From: Candidatus Woesearchaeota archaeon
GTDB lineage: Archaea; Nanobdellota; Nanobdellia; SCGC-AAA011-G17; JACPIM01
NCBI GenBank assembly: GCA_043817645.1
Contig: JBDRGP010000024.1
Coordinates: 412-64,411, forward strand
Reading direction: 5' to 3'
Length of the DNA stretch: 64,000 nucleotides
Below, piece after piece: positions 1-7,958 of the stretch. Made by a program: the position numbers and the translations under genes. Every line of letters begins with the position of its first letter. Positions within the stretch are counted from its first letter, which is position 1. Under the pieces are notes generated by a model. It was not told the DNA's origin, ran no database searches, and was given only the letters and a program-made list of their open reading frames with translations.

Positions 1-1
1 C

Positions 2-175
2 TTACACTATGATGATTTTGAAAATTTAAGAAGTACGAACGAATATTTTGTTTATAGTGATGGAGAGAGATACAAAGTTTATTTTGAGGAAGAGCCCTTT
101 GGAAACTATTTTGCTGATGATAAGTTGGTTCATAATAAATTGCCGGATCTTGAGCGTGAAGTTGATATTGGTTGA
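2..175 (+). CDS. 3' end of an unidentified protein (partial at window edge)
   Basis: Open frame from window start to TGA at ~173-175 (…YFEEEPFGNYFADDKLVHNKLPDLEREVDIG*). No recognisable motif. Confidence 0.3.
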   Translation, partial: LHYDDFENLRSTNEYFVYSDGERYKVYFEEEPFGNYFADDKLVHNKLPDLEREVDIG

Positions 176-396
176 GATTATTTTTGATTTTGCTCTGGGA
201 CATCTACTATTTTTATAATTTATTAAGGCCAAGAGTCTATCAAGAAAAAAGGATACACTGGAAAGAGGCAATCAGAAAACGTATCTAAAAGGTTCCATAG
301 AACCTTAAATCAATGGTCTGAACATTAGTTAATGTAACGCAGCCTGGCTTTTTAAGGAAAATTTATATACTGAATAATTGACTTTATTTTGAAAAG

Positions 397-1011
397 GTGG
401 GTGTTTTGAGTTTTTTTGGAAAAAAAGGAATTAGTCCTCTAATTGGAGTTGTTTTACTTATTGGATTTACAGTTGCTTTAGCTGCCATGATTATTACTTG
501 GGGTGGAGGATTCTTAAGAGGGACGCAAGAGAATGTTGGAAAGCAGGTTGATGTTGGATTGGAGTGTGCGAGGATTGATTTTAAGGTTCTTGGTGTTGGT
601 TGTGGGGATGATATTTCTGAATATTCCTGTATAGATTCTCAATGTTCTGGCGGTCCGTTTGATGGTACGGGGTGTACTGCTAATGATGAATGTTCTGGTC
701 ATGATTTAACGAGGGTGAGAGTCCTTAGCAATACTGGTGTAGAGATTAAAGGTTTTGTGATCAGGGCCACAGATTATCTTGGTCAAGTGATTGTTAGTGA
801 TGATATTGATGATGTTCTTGTTCCGTTTGGTTCAGTCAATGCTGTTTTTGATGAAGTTGATGGTCTATTAAGGGCTGAGAACCCTACAAAAGTTGAAATG
901 TTTGCTAAGGTTCAAGTTGGAAACCATCCAATAGAGGTATGCGAAGTGGGAAGTGAGAAATTTAATGTGCCAAGTAGCCATGATTGTAGAACCCAAACCC
1001 CGCCACCTTAA
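397..1011 (+). CDS. secreted pilin-like protein with class III signal peptide and Cys-rich C-terminal module
   Basis: GTG start. N-terminus FFGKKG|ISPLIGVVLLIGFTVALAAMI has a short basic stretch followed by a hydrophobic helix typical of archaeal prepilin/archaellin-like signals. Middle part is Cys-rich (CGDDISEYSCIDSQCSGG..GTGCTANDECSG). Confidence 0.5.
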   Translation: MGVLSFFGKKGISPLIGVVLLIGFTVALAAMIITWGGGFLRGTQENVGKQVDVGLECARIDFKVLGVGCGDDISEYSCIDSQCSGGPFDGTGCTANDECSGHDLTRVRVLSNTGVEIKGFVIRATDYLGQVIVSDDIDDVLVPFGSVNAVFDEVDGLLRAENPTKVEMFAKVQVGNHPIEVCEVGSEKFNVPSSHDCRTQTPPP

Positions 1012-1035
1012 TAGTTTATCAAAGGATTTGATAAA

Positions 1036-1092
1036 ATGACACTAATAATAGCTCTTGGTGGAAATGCGGGTTTAAGAGATCATTCTGAATAG
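1036..1092 (+). pseudogene. duplicated 5' fragment of the carbamate kinase gene (encodes MTLIIALGGNAGLRDHSE*)
   Basis: atgacactaataatagctcttggtggaaatgc matches arcC start at 2222 (atgacaataataatagctttgggtggcaacg) at about 27/31 nt. Confidence 0.6.
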
Positions 1093-1105
1093 CAAGGTTT
1101 ATATA
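1093..1105 (+). promoter_or_regulatory. archaeal BRE/TATA promoter (caaggTTTATATA) for the MNT-HEPN operon
   Basis: aaggtttatatact matches the consensus that recurs upstream of many genes in this window. It lies ~37 nt upstream of the ATG at 1142. Confidence 0.5.
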
Positions 1106-1114
1106 CTAAAAAAG

Positions 1115-1144
1115 GGATAATATTATCCTGAAAAAAGGATAATG
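1115..1144 (+). promoter_or_regulatory. putative operator: perfect 14-bp palindrome GGATAATATTATCC plus an extra half-site GGATAAT overlapping the start codon
   Basis: Seen directly between the TATA box and the ATG of the nucleotidyltransferase gene. A position like this is typical of TA autoregulation sites. Confidence 0.4.
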
Positions 1145-1756
1145 TTAACTGCTAAAGAATTAAGAATTGTGGATTTATTTCGAAAGGATCCTTTTGTGAA
1201 TTTTACTATTAGGAAATTGATGAGCCATATTGATACTAGGTCGTATAGTTGGACTTATCAGGCTATAAAAAAGCTACAAAAAGAAAAAATTGTGTTGCTT
1301 ACAAAAAAAGGGCAAGGTCAGTTGTGTAGCATTAATTTAGATGAGCCGAGAAGTATTGTCTATCTTTCATTATTAGAAGAACTTAATGCCTTAGGCAAGA
1401 AAATACCGAACTTGGGTAAATTGATTGGAATAATGCCTGCGGATTTCCATATCTTGATTATAGGAGGGAGTTATGCTGATAACACTTTTACTAAAAAATC
1501 GGATATGGATGTAGTTGTTATAATTGATAAAAAAGAAGAAAAAAAGTGGTTATTGAATAAATTATCGAGTGAGGGGGATTTGATGATACCTCATTTGCAT
1601 GCTTATGTTTTTACTAAGGATGAATTTTTAGAAATGTTGATAAATAAAGAGGCTAATTATGGCAAGGAAATAGAAAGAAAACATTTAATAATTTCAGGAG
1701 CTGAGCTTTATTTTAAGATTTTAAAAGAGGCAATGGAAAGTGGATATAAGCGTTAA
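1142..1756 (+). CDS. minimal nucleotidyltransferase (MNT-type; candidate antitoxin or AMPylating partner of HEPN)
   Basis: Pol-beta-like NTase motif IIGGSYADNTF..KSDMDVVVI (GS..x..D.D). Overlaps the downstream HEPN gene by 17 nt. Confidence 0.7.
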   Translation: MLTAKELRIVDLFRKDPFVNFTIRKLMSHIDTRSYSWTYQAIKKLQKEKIVLLTKKGQGQLCSINLDEPRSIVYLSLLEELNALGKKIPNLGKLIGIMPADFHILIIGGSYADNTFTKKSDMDVVVIIDKKEEKKWLLNKLSSEGDLMIPHLHAYVFTKDEFLEMLINKEANYGKEIERKHLIISGAELYFKILKEAMESGYKR

Positions 1757-2225
1757 GCAATATTTAGAAAGAGCTGAAAATGAGTTAAGAGTTTCAACTA
1801 TCCTTAAAAACCTGTCTGAGTCTAATTCGGAGGAAAAAGCAAATCTGGGCGGGAGAAAGGAAGATACTTTTTACAGCTCGGTTATCTCTCATGCTTATTA
1901 TGCTATATTTTATTCTGCTAAGGCGATACTTTTGAGTAAGAATATTGAAACGGATGCTCCAGAAGTGCACAAAAAGACTTTGGAGGAGTTTAAGAAACAT
2001 TTTGTGGATTCTGGCATTTTGGATTTGGAATTATTAAAGATATATAATGAGATGATTGTGAGAGCAGATGAGCTTCTTGGACTTTATCAGATTGAGAAAA
2101 GTAAAAGAGGGCGATTTGTCTATAAGACTATTCCTCAGGCAAATGTTGAGCCGGCTGAGGAGTCTATTGCTCATGCTAAAAAGTTTGTTAGCCATATTAA
2201 ACAGATTATCGAGGGAGAGGTATGA
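1740..2225 (+). CDS. HEPN domain protein (candidate toxin of the MNT-HEPN pair)
   Basis: HEPN-like helical protein with HAYYAIFYSAKAILL and a conserved R/H region. Its stop overlaps the arcC start (ATGA). Confidence 0.65.
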   Translation: MDISVKQYLERAENELRVSTILKNLSESNSEEKANLGGRKEDTFYSSVISHAYYAIFYSAKAILLSKNIETDAPEVHKKTLEEFKKHFVDSGILDLELLKIYNEMIVRADELLGLYQIEKSKRGRFVYKTIPQANVEPAEESIAHAKKFVSHIKQIIEGEV

Positions 2226-3145
2226 CAATAATAATAGCTTTGGGTGGCAACGTTTTAACTCCAAATGGAAAAAATACCTATAAGGAGTTGCTTTGGAATA
2301 TTAAAAAAGTATCCAAGGTATTGGCGAAATTAGTTAAGAATAACAAATTAGTTATTGTTACTGGTTCTGGACCACAAATAGGCGCATTAATACTACAAAA
2401 TGAGCTGGCAAAAAATAGGGTGCCTCCTATGCCTTTAGATGTTCTTGATGCTGAATTGGAAGGGGAGCTAGGCTATTTATTAGAAGAGCAGTTGAGTAAT
2501 CAATTGAGAGAGAATAAAATTAAGAGACCTATTGCGACTTTAGTTACACAAGTTTTAGTGAATAAAAAAGATAAGGCTTTTAGAAATCCTACAAAACCTA
2601 TAGGTCCTTTTTATACAAAAAAAGAGGCTGAGAAATTAAGAAAAAAAGGATATAAAATCATTAATGATGCTGGAAGAGGTTTTAGAAGAGTAGTTGCATC
2701 ACCTAAACCTGTTAAAGTTATTGAAGCTGAGACTGTTAAGAAATTAGTTAGTATTGGGACTGTTGTTATTACTTGCGGTGGTGGCGGGATTCCTGTTGTT
2801 ACTTCCAGAGGTAAATTGAAAGGTGTTGAGGGTGTTATTGATAAGGATAGAGCTTCTGCTTGTTTAGGTAAGAGTGTTAAGGCATCTACTTTGCTTGTTT
2901 TGACTGGTGTTGATTTTGTTTATTTGAATTATGGCAAGAAGAATCAGAAAAAAATCAAAAAGATGAGTGTGAAAGAGGCTAAGGGATATTTAGAAGAAGG
3001 GCAGTTTGGTGTTGGGAGTATGAAGCCTAAGATTGAGGCTGCGGTTGATTTTTTATTGAGTGGGGGTAAGAGAGTGGTTATTACTAGACCTAGATATGCT
3101 GTGAAGGCTTTGGACGGAAAGTATGGGACTTTGATTGTTAAGTAA
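2222..3145 (+). CDS. arcC: carbamate kinase
   Basis: IIALGGN, TGSGPQIG, PLDVLDAE, NPTKPIGPFY, GRGFRRVVASPKP and ITCGGGGIPVV are all hallmark carbamate kinase (amino-acid kinase family) motifs. Confidence 0.8.
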   Translation: MTIIIALGGNVLTPNGKNTYKELLWNIKKVSKVLAKLVKNNKLVIVTGSGPQIGALILQNELAKNRVPPMPLDVLDAELEGELGYLLEEQLSNQLRENKIKRPIATLVTQVLVNKKDKAFRNPTKPIGPFYTKKEAEKLRKKGYKIINDAGRGFRRVVASPKPVKVIEAETVKKLVSIGTVVITCGGGGIPVVTSRGKLKGVEGVIDKDRASACLGKSVKASTLLVLTGVDFVYLNYGKKNQKKIKKMSVKEAKGYLEEGQFGVGSMKPKIEAAVDFLLSGGKRVVITRPRYAVKALDGKYGTLIVK

Positions 3146-3487
3146 TCAGGGTTTGGATTCTATGATTAATTTATGGTCTTCTGGGTGGATATGCGCTTCC
3201 TCTCCGTCTTTTAGGTTTAGATAATCTGCTATTTTTTTGGGTATTCTTACTGCTAGCGAATTCCCTGTTTTTGTGATTTTAGTTGTTGCGCTCAGTCCCC
3301 ATAACCCTTTTTTTTTGGCTATTTCTTCTATTTTTTTGGTGGTATCGGAGTCAGTAAAGGTCTCCTTACATTTAGTACAGATTTCTGCTGGAAATTCACC
3401 TAGGTATACCCCAAACATATACTCTTTTACTTTCCCCTTTTTTAGGGTACCATTTTCACATATTGGACATCTTGTCATTTTTACCAC
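3146..3487 (-). CDS. Zn-ribbon (CPxC…CxxC) + SpoVT/AbrB-like DNA-binding protein, candidate antitoxin
   Basis: N-terminal CPICENG…CTKC zinc ribbon (YgiT/MqsA-like). C-terminal GNSLAVRIPKKIADYLNLK swapped-hairpin AbrB/MazE-like motif. Paralogs lie at 25518 and 34013. Its start overlaps the stop of an upstream DUF4258-like frame. Confidence 0.6.
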   Translation of the reverse strand: MVKMTRCPICENGTLKKGKVKEYMFGVYLGEFPAEICTKCKETFTDSDTTKKIEEIAKKKGLWGLSATTKITKTGNSLAVRIPKKIADYLNLKDGEEAHIHPEDHKLIIESKP

Positions 3488-3681
3488 TTTGGTTTTACAG
3501 TGATTATAAAATATTCATTATTTATCTTTTTGGTTACTACAGTGAAATAACTATAATGATGTAGTATTTTATTAGGTTTCTGTAATTCCTTTGCTCCTTT
3601 CTTGATTGCTTCCTCAACTTCGTTTACTGATATTCCTCTTTCGATCATTTGCGCTCTAGCCTGTTTGCTGTATTTTGGCAG
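3481..3681 (-). pseudogene. DUF4258-family toxin-like gene lacking a canonical start codon (CTG where the paralog has GTG)
   Basis: Frame encodes LPKYSKQARAQMIERGISVNEVEEAIKKGAKELQKPNKILHHYSYFTVVTKKINNEYFIITVKPKW*, homologous to the 34338..34541 product. The upstream TATA and AGGTGA-6nt spacing are conserved, but the aligned initiator is CTG. An in-frame ATG is only present at 3648. Confidence 0.45.
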
Positions 3682-3710
3682 ATGTAATCACCTGTAATTA
3701 CAGTACTTAC

Positions 3711-3725
3711 TTTAGTATATAAATG
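3711..3725 (-). promoter_or_regulatory. BRE/TATA promoter (minus strand) of the DUF4258/ZnR-AbrB module, followed by an AGGTGA ribosome-binding site at ~3691-3696
   Basis: catttatatactaaa on the minus strand. The architecture is homologous to 34573..34592. Confidence 0.4.
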
Positions 3726-3750
3726 TTTTGTTTTGAGTTACAGTAAGTTT

Positions 3751-3795
3751 ATGTAGGCTTTGGATGGGAAGTATGGAAGTTTGATTGTTAGGTAG
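3751..3795 (+). pseudogene. duplicated 3' fragment of the carbamate kinase gene
   Basis: atgtaggctttggatgggaagtatggaagtttgattgttaggtag matches arcC 3' end 3101..3145 (gtgaaggctttggacggaaagtatgggactttgattgttaagtaa) at about 37/45 nt. Confidence 0.6.
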
Positions 3796-3855
3796 TTTTT
3801 ACTCTTTTGAACGACAAACGAAAGATTTATATGTATGTATATGTATACGTAAATA

Positions 3856-4083
3856 ATGGTAAAATTAGTTTCTTTGTCAAATGATGTGTATGACCTATTG
3901 AAAAGTATGAAAAAAGAAAATGAATCTTTTTCACAGTTACTTAGGAGAAGAATTACTCTGAGAAAGAAAGTGAGCTTACTGGATTTGGCAGGTTCTATTA
4001 AGGATGGTAGTTTTGATAAGGCGATGGTGGCGGTTCTCTCTAAAAGAAATGTGAGATCAAAAGAGATATTGAGGTTTGATTAA
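3856..4083 (+). CDS. vapB: VapB-like antitoxin (small DNA-binding protein upstream of PIN gene)
   Basis: 75-aa basic protein. Overlaps the PIN-domain gene by 8 nt in typical TA arrangement. Confidence 0.5.
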   Translation: MVKLVSLSNDVYDLLKSMKKENESFSQLLRRRITLRKKVSLLDLAGSIKDGSFDKAMVAVLSKRNVRSKEILRFD

Positions 4084-4480
4084 ATTGTATCTATTAGATT
4101 CTGATGTTATTGTTGGTTTCTTGAGGGGTAATACTGGAGCGGTAGAAAAAATAAAGAATTTAGAGGAAAAAAATGCTTCTTTGTGTATCTCTTCAATATC
4201 GATTCATGAATTATTAGAAGGGGCTTATTTATCTTTAAAACCTAAAGAGAATTTGGAAGCGATTAGGGATTTTGTTAATAGGGTGGTTGTTTTGGATTTT
4301 ACTTTTGACTGTGCTAAGATCTCTGGTAAGATATCAGCAGATTTAACTAGGAAGGGTGAAAAGATTGGAGATATTGATGTCTTGTTGTCTTCTATTGCTA
4401 TATGTAATGGTCTTATTTTAGTTACTAGGAATACGAGGCATTTTAGTAAGATTAATATATTAAAATTGCTAGCTTGGTAA
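4076..4480 (+). CDS. vapC: PIN-domain ribonuclease toxin VapC
   Basis: N-terminal LYLLDSDVIVGFL (first PIN Asp) with conserved acidic residues further on (…ILVTRNTRHF). 134 aa. Confidence 0.7.
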   Translation: MIKLYLLDSDVIVGFLRGNTGAVEKIKNLEEKNASLCISSISIHELLEGAYLSLKPKENLEAIRDFVNRVVVLDFTFDCAKISGKISADLTRKGEKIGDIDVLLSSIAICNGLILVTRNTRHFSKINILKLLAW

Positions 4481-4483
4481 TAG

Positions 4484-5870
4484 GTACGTGTTTTGCTAAC
4501 CGAAAATAGAATATACTAGTTATAATTATTAATTTCATGGGGGGAGGAGGAAAGAGGTGCAGATACCCCAAGAATTAAAGGAACTCAGTAAAAGAGACTT
4601 GATAAGGATAATTCTTGATTTGCAGAAGAGGCTTGCAATATATGAGAATGCACATATTCCTTCTTCCAAGAAGAGATTTCCTGAGAGAAAGAAACCATCC
4701 AACAGCAAGATAGGTGCTCCAAAAGGACATCCGGGTACGACAAGAGAAAGGAAAGAGCCAACGGAGAGGATAGATGTAGAAGCAGTTCAGTGTAAGCATT
4801 GCCGTGATTTGCTGGATAAGCCATTTAAGCAAGAGAAGAAGGTAATAGAAGAGATACCAGACCCCCAACCAGTGAGAGTTATTGAATTTCTAATCGATCA
4901 CTATAAATGTCCTTCATGTAATGAAATAACAGTAGCTTCTCACCCAAGCTTACCTAAGGAAGGCACTTTAGGTAATAACTTACAGGCACAAATAGCTTTG
5001 ATGAAATACGAAGATAGACTGCCTCACAGAAAGATAGTACAAACACTAAACAGACAACATGATTTGGATTTAGCACCCAGTACAATACTAGAGGTGACAA
5101 ATAGGGTTGCCAAAAGAGTTGAACCTGAATACAATAAGATAAAACAAACAATAAGAAAGTCTCCTAATGTTTACTCAGATGAAACAGGACACAAAGTACA
5201 AGGGAAGAACTTTTGGTTATGGGGGATTGCAATTAAGATAGCAGTATTATTTGCTATAAGGAAGAAAAGAAGCAAAGAGGTTTTAGAGGAATTGCTTGGA
5301 GATAATTATAAGGGAATAATCTCATGTGATGGTTGGACTACATATTCCAAGTATTCGGATAACATTCAGAGATGTTGGGCGCATATACTGAGAGAAGCAG
5401 AATATTTAGCAGAACAACATGAATCTGCCAAGTTATTTTATCAGGAACTTAGAGAATTATATAACCTGGTAGACAGGGTTACAGAGCAAGATTCTCTAGA
5501 AGCAAGAAAGAGATTATACTTAAAGTGCATTGCTCAAATGGATAGATTAGTTGGAAGGATGGAAGCATATAAGGAATTACGTAAATTTGCAGTGAAGCTG
5601 GAGAATGGCAAGGTACATTTCTTTACTAGGGTTTTGTATCCTTTTGTAGAGGCTACTAATAACATTGCTGAGAGATCATTGAGGGAACCAATTGTACAGA
5701 GAAAGATTATCGGAACCCTAAGGAACGAGAAAGGTATCAGAATAACAGAAGTATTGCTTAGTGTGCTAATGACGTGGAGGATGCGAGGATTAAATACTTA
5801 TGGAGGATGCGAGGATTAAATACTTATGATGAGCTTAGAAGAGCCTTAAGCTCCTAAGCAAAACACGTAC
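4484..5870. mobile_element. IS66-family (ISBst12-like, single-ORF) insertion sequence with 14-bp perfect terminal inverted repeats and 8-bp target-site duplication GGTAATAG
   Basis: Left IR GTACGTGTTTTGCT (4484-4497). Right IR AGCAAAACACGTAC (5857-5870). Flanking direct repeats ggtaatag at 4476-4483 and 5871-5878. An 8-bp TSD is characteristic of IS66. Confidence 0.75.
4557..5819 (+). CDS. IS66-family transposase (TnpC-like)
   Basis: N-terminal leucine zipper. CxxC…CxxC zinc finger (CKHCRD…CPSCN). DDE region SDETGHKV, CDGWTTY, CWAHILRE and TNNIAERSLRE are IS66 signature motifs. Confidence 0.8.
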   Translation: MQIPQELKELSKRDLIRIILDLQKRLAIYENAHIPSSKKRFPERKKPSNSKIGAPKGHPGTTRERKEPTERIDVEAVQCKHCRDLLDKPFKQEKKVIEEIPDPQPVRVIEFLIDHYKCPSCNEITVASHPSLPKEGTLGNNLQAQIALMKYEDRLPHRKIVQTLNRQHDLDLAPSTILEVTNRVAKRVEPEYNKIKQTIRKSPNVYSDETGHKVQGKNFWLWGIAIKIAVLFAIRKKRSKEVLEELLGDNYKGIISCDGWTTYSKYSDNIQRCWAHILREAEYLAEQHESAKLFYQELRELYNLVDRVTEQDSLEARKRLYLKCIAQMDRLVGRMEAYKELRKFAVKLENGKVHFFTRVLYPFVEATNNIAERSLREPIVQRKIIGTLRNEKGIRITEVLLSVLMTWRMRGLNTYGGCED

Positions 5871-5919
5871 GGTAATAGTAAATATTTTTAAAGGTAGAAT
5901 TAACTAATTCTGTATATAC

Positions 5920-6036
5920 GGGAACGTAGTTTAACCCGGCTAGAATGAGTGGCTCCAGATATAAGGGTAAACCCTTATCAACCCAAGATAATCCAGGAGA
6001 GACCACTAGATCCAGGTTCAAATCCTGGCGTTCCCA
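5920..6036 (+). tRNA. tRNA-Trp (anticodon CCA) with a ~43-nt intron at the canonical 37/38 position
   Basis: 7-bp acceptor stem GGGAACG/CGTTCCC. T-arm CCAGG-TTCAAAT-CCTGG. Discriminator A followed by TTTT. Anticodon stem AGTGG/CCACT with loop CTCCAG[intron]A. Hand-folded. Confidence 0.6.
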
Positions 6037-6178
6037 TTTTTTATTCTTGTAGTCACTTGAAGTTGTGATAAGAATTCTTTATTTACTGTTTGGAAAAAAA
6101 AGAAGATACTATTGATATGAAAAGAAAGTGTTTTTATTACTGTTAGTAGTACTCTAACCTCTATTTACTACCACAAGG

Positions 6179-6186
6179 TTTATATA
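6179..6186 (+). promoter_or_regulatory. TATA box (aaggTTTATATAtc) of the surface-protein gene
   Basis: Matches the window consensus. ~55 nt upstream of ATG 6241, which is preceded by a GGGGGT ribosome-binding site. Confidence 0.4.
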
Positions 6187-6240
6187 TCTAATGGTTACTC
6201 CAAAATGATTATTATAATGATTATATCGGGGGTATACCAA

Positions 6241-7875
6241 ATGAAGAATATTGTGTTTGCAATTTTGGCTGTACTTTTGTTAGGATTGTCCTTGGTAACT
6301 GCTACTGGGTTGACTGCAACTAGTGTTGTTATTGAAGGTGTTCCTGGTGGAAGTGCTTACAGTACAACTTTGATTAGAAATGAAGGTACTGTAGATTTGA
6401 CAGATATAGAAATTGTCAAATCAAGAGTTGTTGGTGAGGAAGACTCTTCACAAAAAATAACAAAGGAAGCCTTTACAGTTTCACCAGCAGAGTTTGAACT
6501 TGATGCTGATGAAGAAAGAAGGGTTACAATAAGTGTTGACATTCCTGAGGGACTTACACCGCAGATTTATACTGGGGAATTTATTGTGAGATCCATGGGT
6601 GTTGATGTGCCTTTTGATGTAAGGGTTGTTGTAACTGAGAGTGTAGACATCCCTGAGATGCCATTTGTTTTTCAAGAAATTGAAGTTGATGGTGTTGATG
6701 CTTTGGGATCTGATTCTGTAGTTCATGTTGAGAGATCAAGCACTGTAGATATTAGAGCAGAATTTATGTCTAATGTTAATAGTGATAAAGTTAGAGTGAA
6801 GGCTTGGATAGGCGGATTTGAGTTTGGAGATGTTTCAGACCGAACTGGAATTTTCACTGTTGAGCCTGGTCTTATATACTCTAAGACTCTGCATTTAGAA
6901 ATACCAGAAGATATTGACTTGGATGATGATGAGTTCAGATTGCATGTTGAAATCTTTGATAATGATGGTGTTTCAAGAGAAGAGACTTTCAGGCTTGGGG
7001 TTAGAAAGGAGAGACATAGTTTGAATATTATAGATACTATCTTCTTTCCGAGTAATACTGTTGAAGCTGGAAGATCTTTGAGAACTGAAGTTAGAGTTGA
7101 GAACCTGGGAGAAATGAAGGAGGAAGATGTGCTTGTTAAAGTAAGCATTCCTGAGCTCGGTATAAGTGCTAAGGAATTTATTGACGAGCTAGTTCCTGAG
7201 GAAAATACCTGGGATGATGAGGAAGAGACTTCAGATTCTGTAGACCTTATCTTATTTATTCCAAGCGATGCAGAAACTGGTGAGTATTTGGTAGAGATTG
7301 AAGTTGAGTATAATAGAGGCCATGACACTATTACAGGAACAAGAAGAGTTTTTGTTGAAGGTGTTAGTGGGGTTGGTGTTATAAGCCCTGCTGAGGCTAT
7401 TGTTAGTGTTGATTTGTCCTCTCAGAATATTGCTCAAGGTTCAGAAATACCATATAAGCTAATGTTAGCTAATCTTGGAGATGCTAGAATTGTTTACTCT
7501 ATAGATGTTGCTGGAACAGAAGGATGGGCAACAACTAGAACTAGTGCAGCATTTGTAAGTGTTGATAGCAACCAAGCTGGAGAGATCACTTTGTTCTTAA
7601 TAGCTAATGACGATGCTTCTGTTGGAGCTAAGGCATTTACAGTTAGTATATTGGCTAATGGTGGAGAGGTTAAGCAACTTAATTTGAATGCTAATATCGG
7701 AGAGAAAGGAGTAACAGGAACTGGATTCCAAGAAATACAGAGAGGATTGCTAGTTGGATTTGTTATCTTAGTAGTAGTCTTGATAATCTTGGGATTAGTG
7801 ATAGCTTTCAAGAGAGTTGGAGAAAAACCAAGTTCTGAAGAGCCAGAATCAGTAGAAAGTCAAACTTACTACTAA
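6241..7875 (+). CDS. cell-surface protein with signal peptide, CARDB/DUF11-like beta domains and C-terminal TM anchor
   Basis: MKNIVFAILAVLLLGLSLVTA signal peptide. Repeated VTISVD / VEIEVEY beta-rich segments. C-terminal LVGFVILVVVLIILGLVIAF TM followed by an acidic tail. The ORF track extends the start to 6205. Confidence 0.55.
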   Translation: MKNIVFAILAVLLLGLSLVTATGLTATSVVIEGVPGGSAYSTTLIRNEGTVDLTDIEIVKSRVVGEEDSSQKITKEAFTVSPAEFELDADEERRVTISVDIPEGLTPQIYTGEFIVRSMGVDVPFDVRVVVTESVDIPEMPFVFQEIEVDGVDALGSDSVVHVERSSTVDIRAEFMSNVNSDKVRVKAWIGGFEFGDVSDRTGIFTVEPGLIYSKTLHLEIPEDIDLDDDEFRLHVEIFDNDGVSREETFRLGVRKERHSLNIIDTIFFPSNTVEAGRSLRTEVRVENLGEMKEEDVLVKVSIPELGISAKEFIDELVPEENTWDDEEETSDSVDLILFIPSDAETGEYLVEIEVEYNRGHDTITGTRRVFVEGVSGVGVISPAEAIVSVDLSSQNIAQGSEIPYKLMLANLGDARIVYSIDVAGTEGWATTRTSAAFVSVDSNQAGEITLFLIANDDASVGAKAFTVSILANGGEVKQLNLNANIGEKGVTGTGFQEIQRGLLVGFVILVVVLIILGLVIAFKRVGEKPSSEEPESVESQTYY

Positions 7876-7958
7876 TTCTTTTTTTCTTTTTTTATACAAC
7901 AATCTTTTTATTCTAAGAAAATTGTTTTTATCCTGAATAAGATGGTATCCTGAATAAG

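Noticed and set aside
26-271. 81-aa minus-strand ORF at window start
   Set aside because: Overlaps the plus-strand partial CDS, and has a low-complexity product and no promoter/ribosome-binding context.
6723-7328. 201-aa minus-strand ORF inside the surface-protein gene
   Set aside because: Ser-rich antisense shadow; the plus-strand gene has the signal peptide and domain structure.
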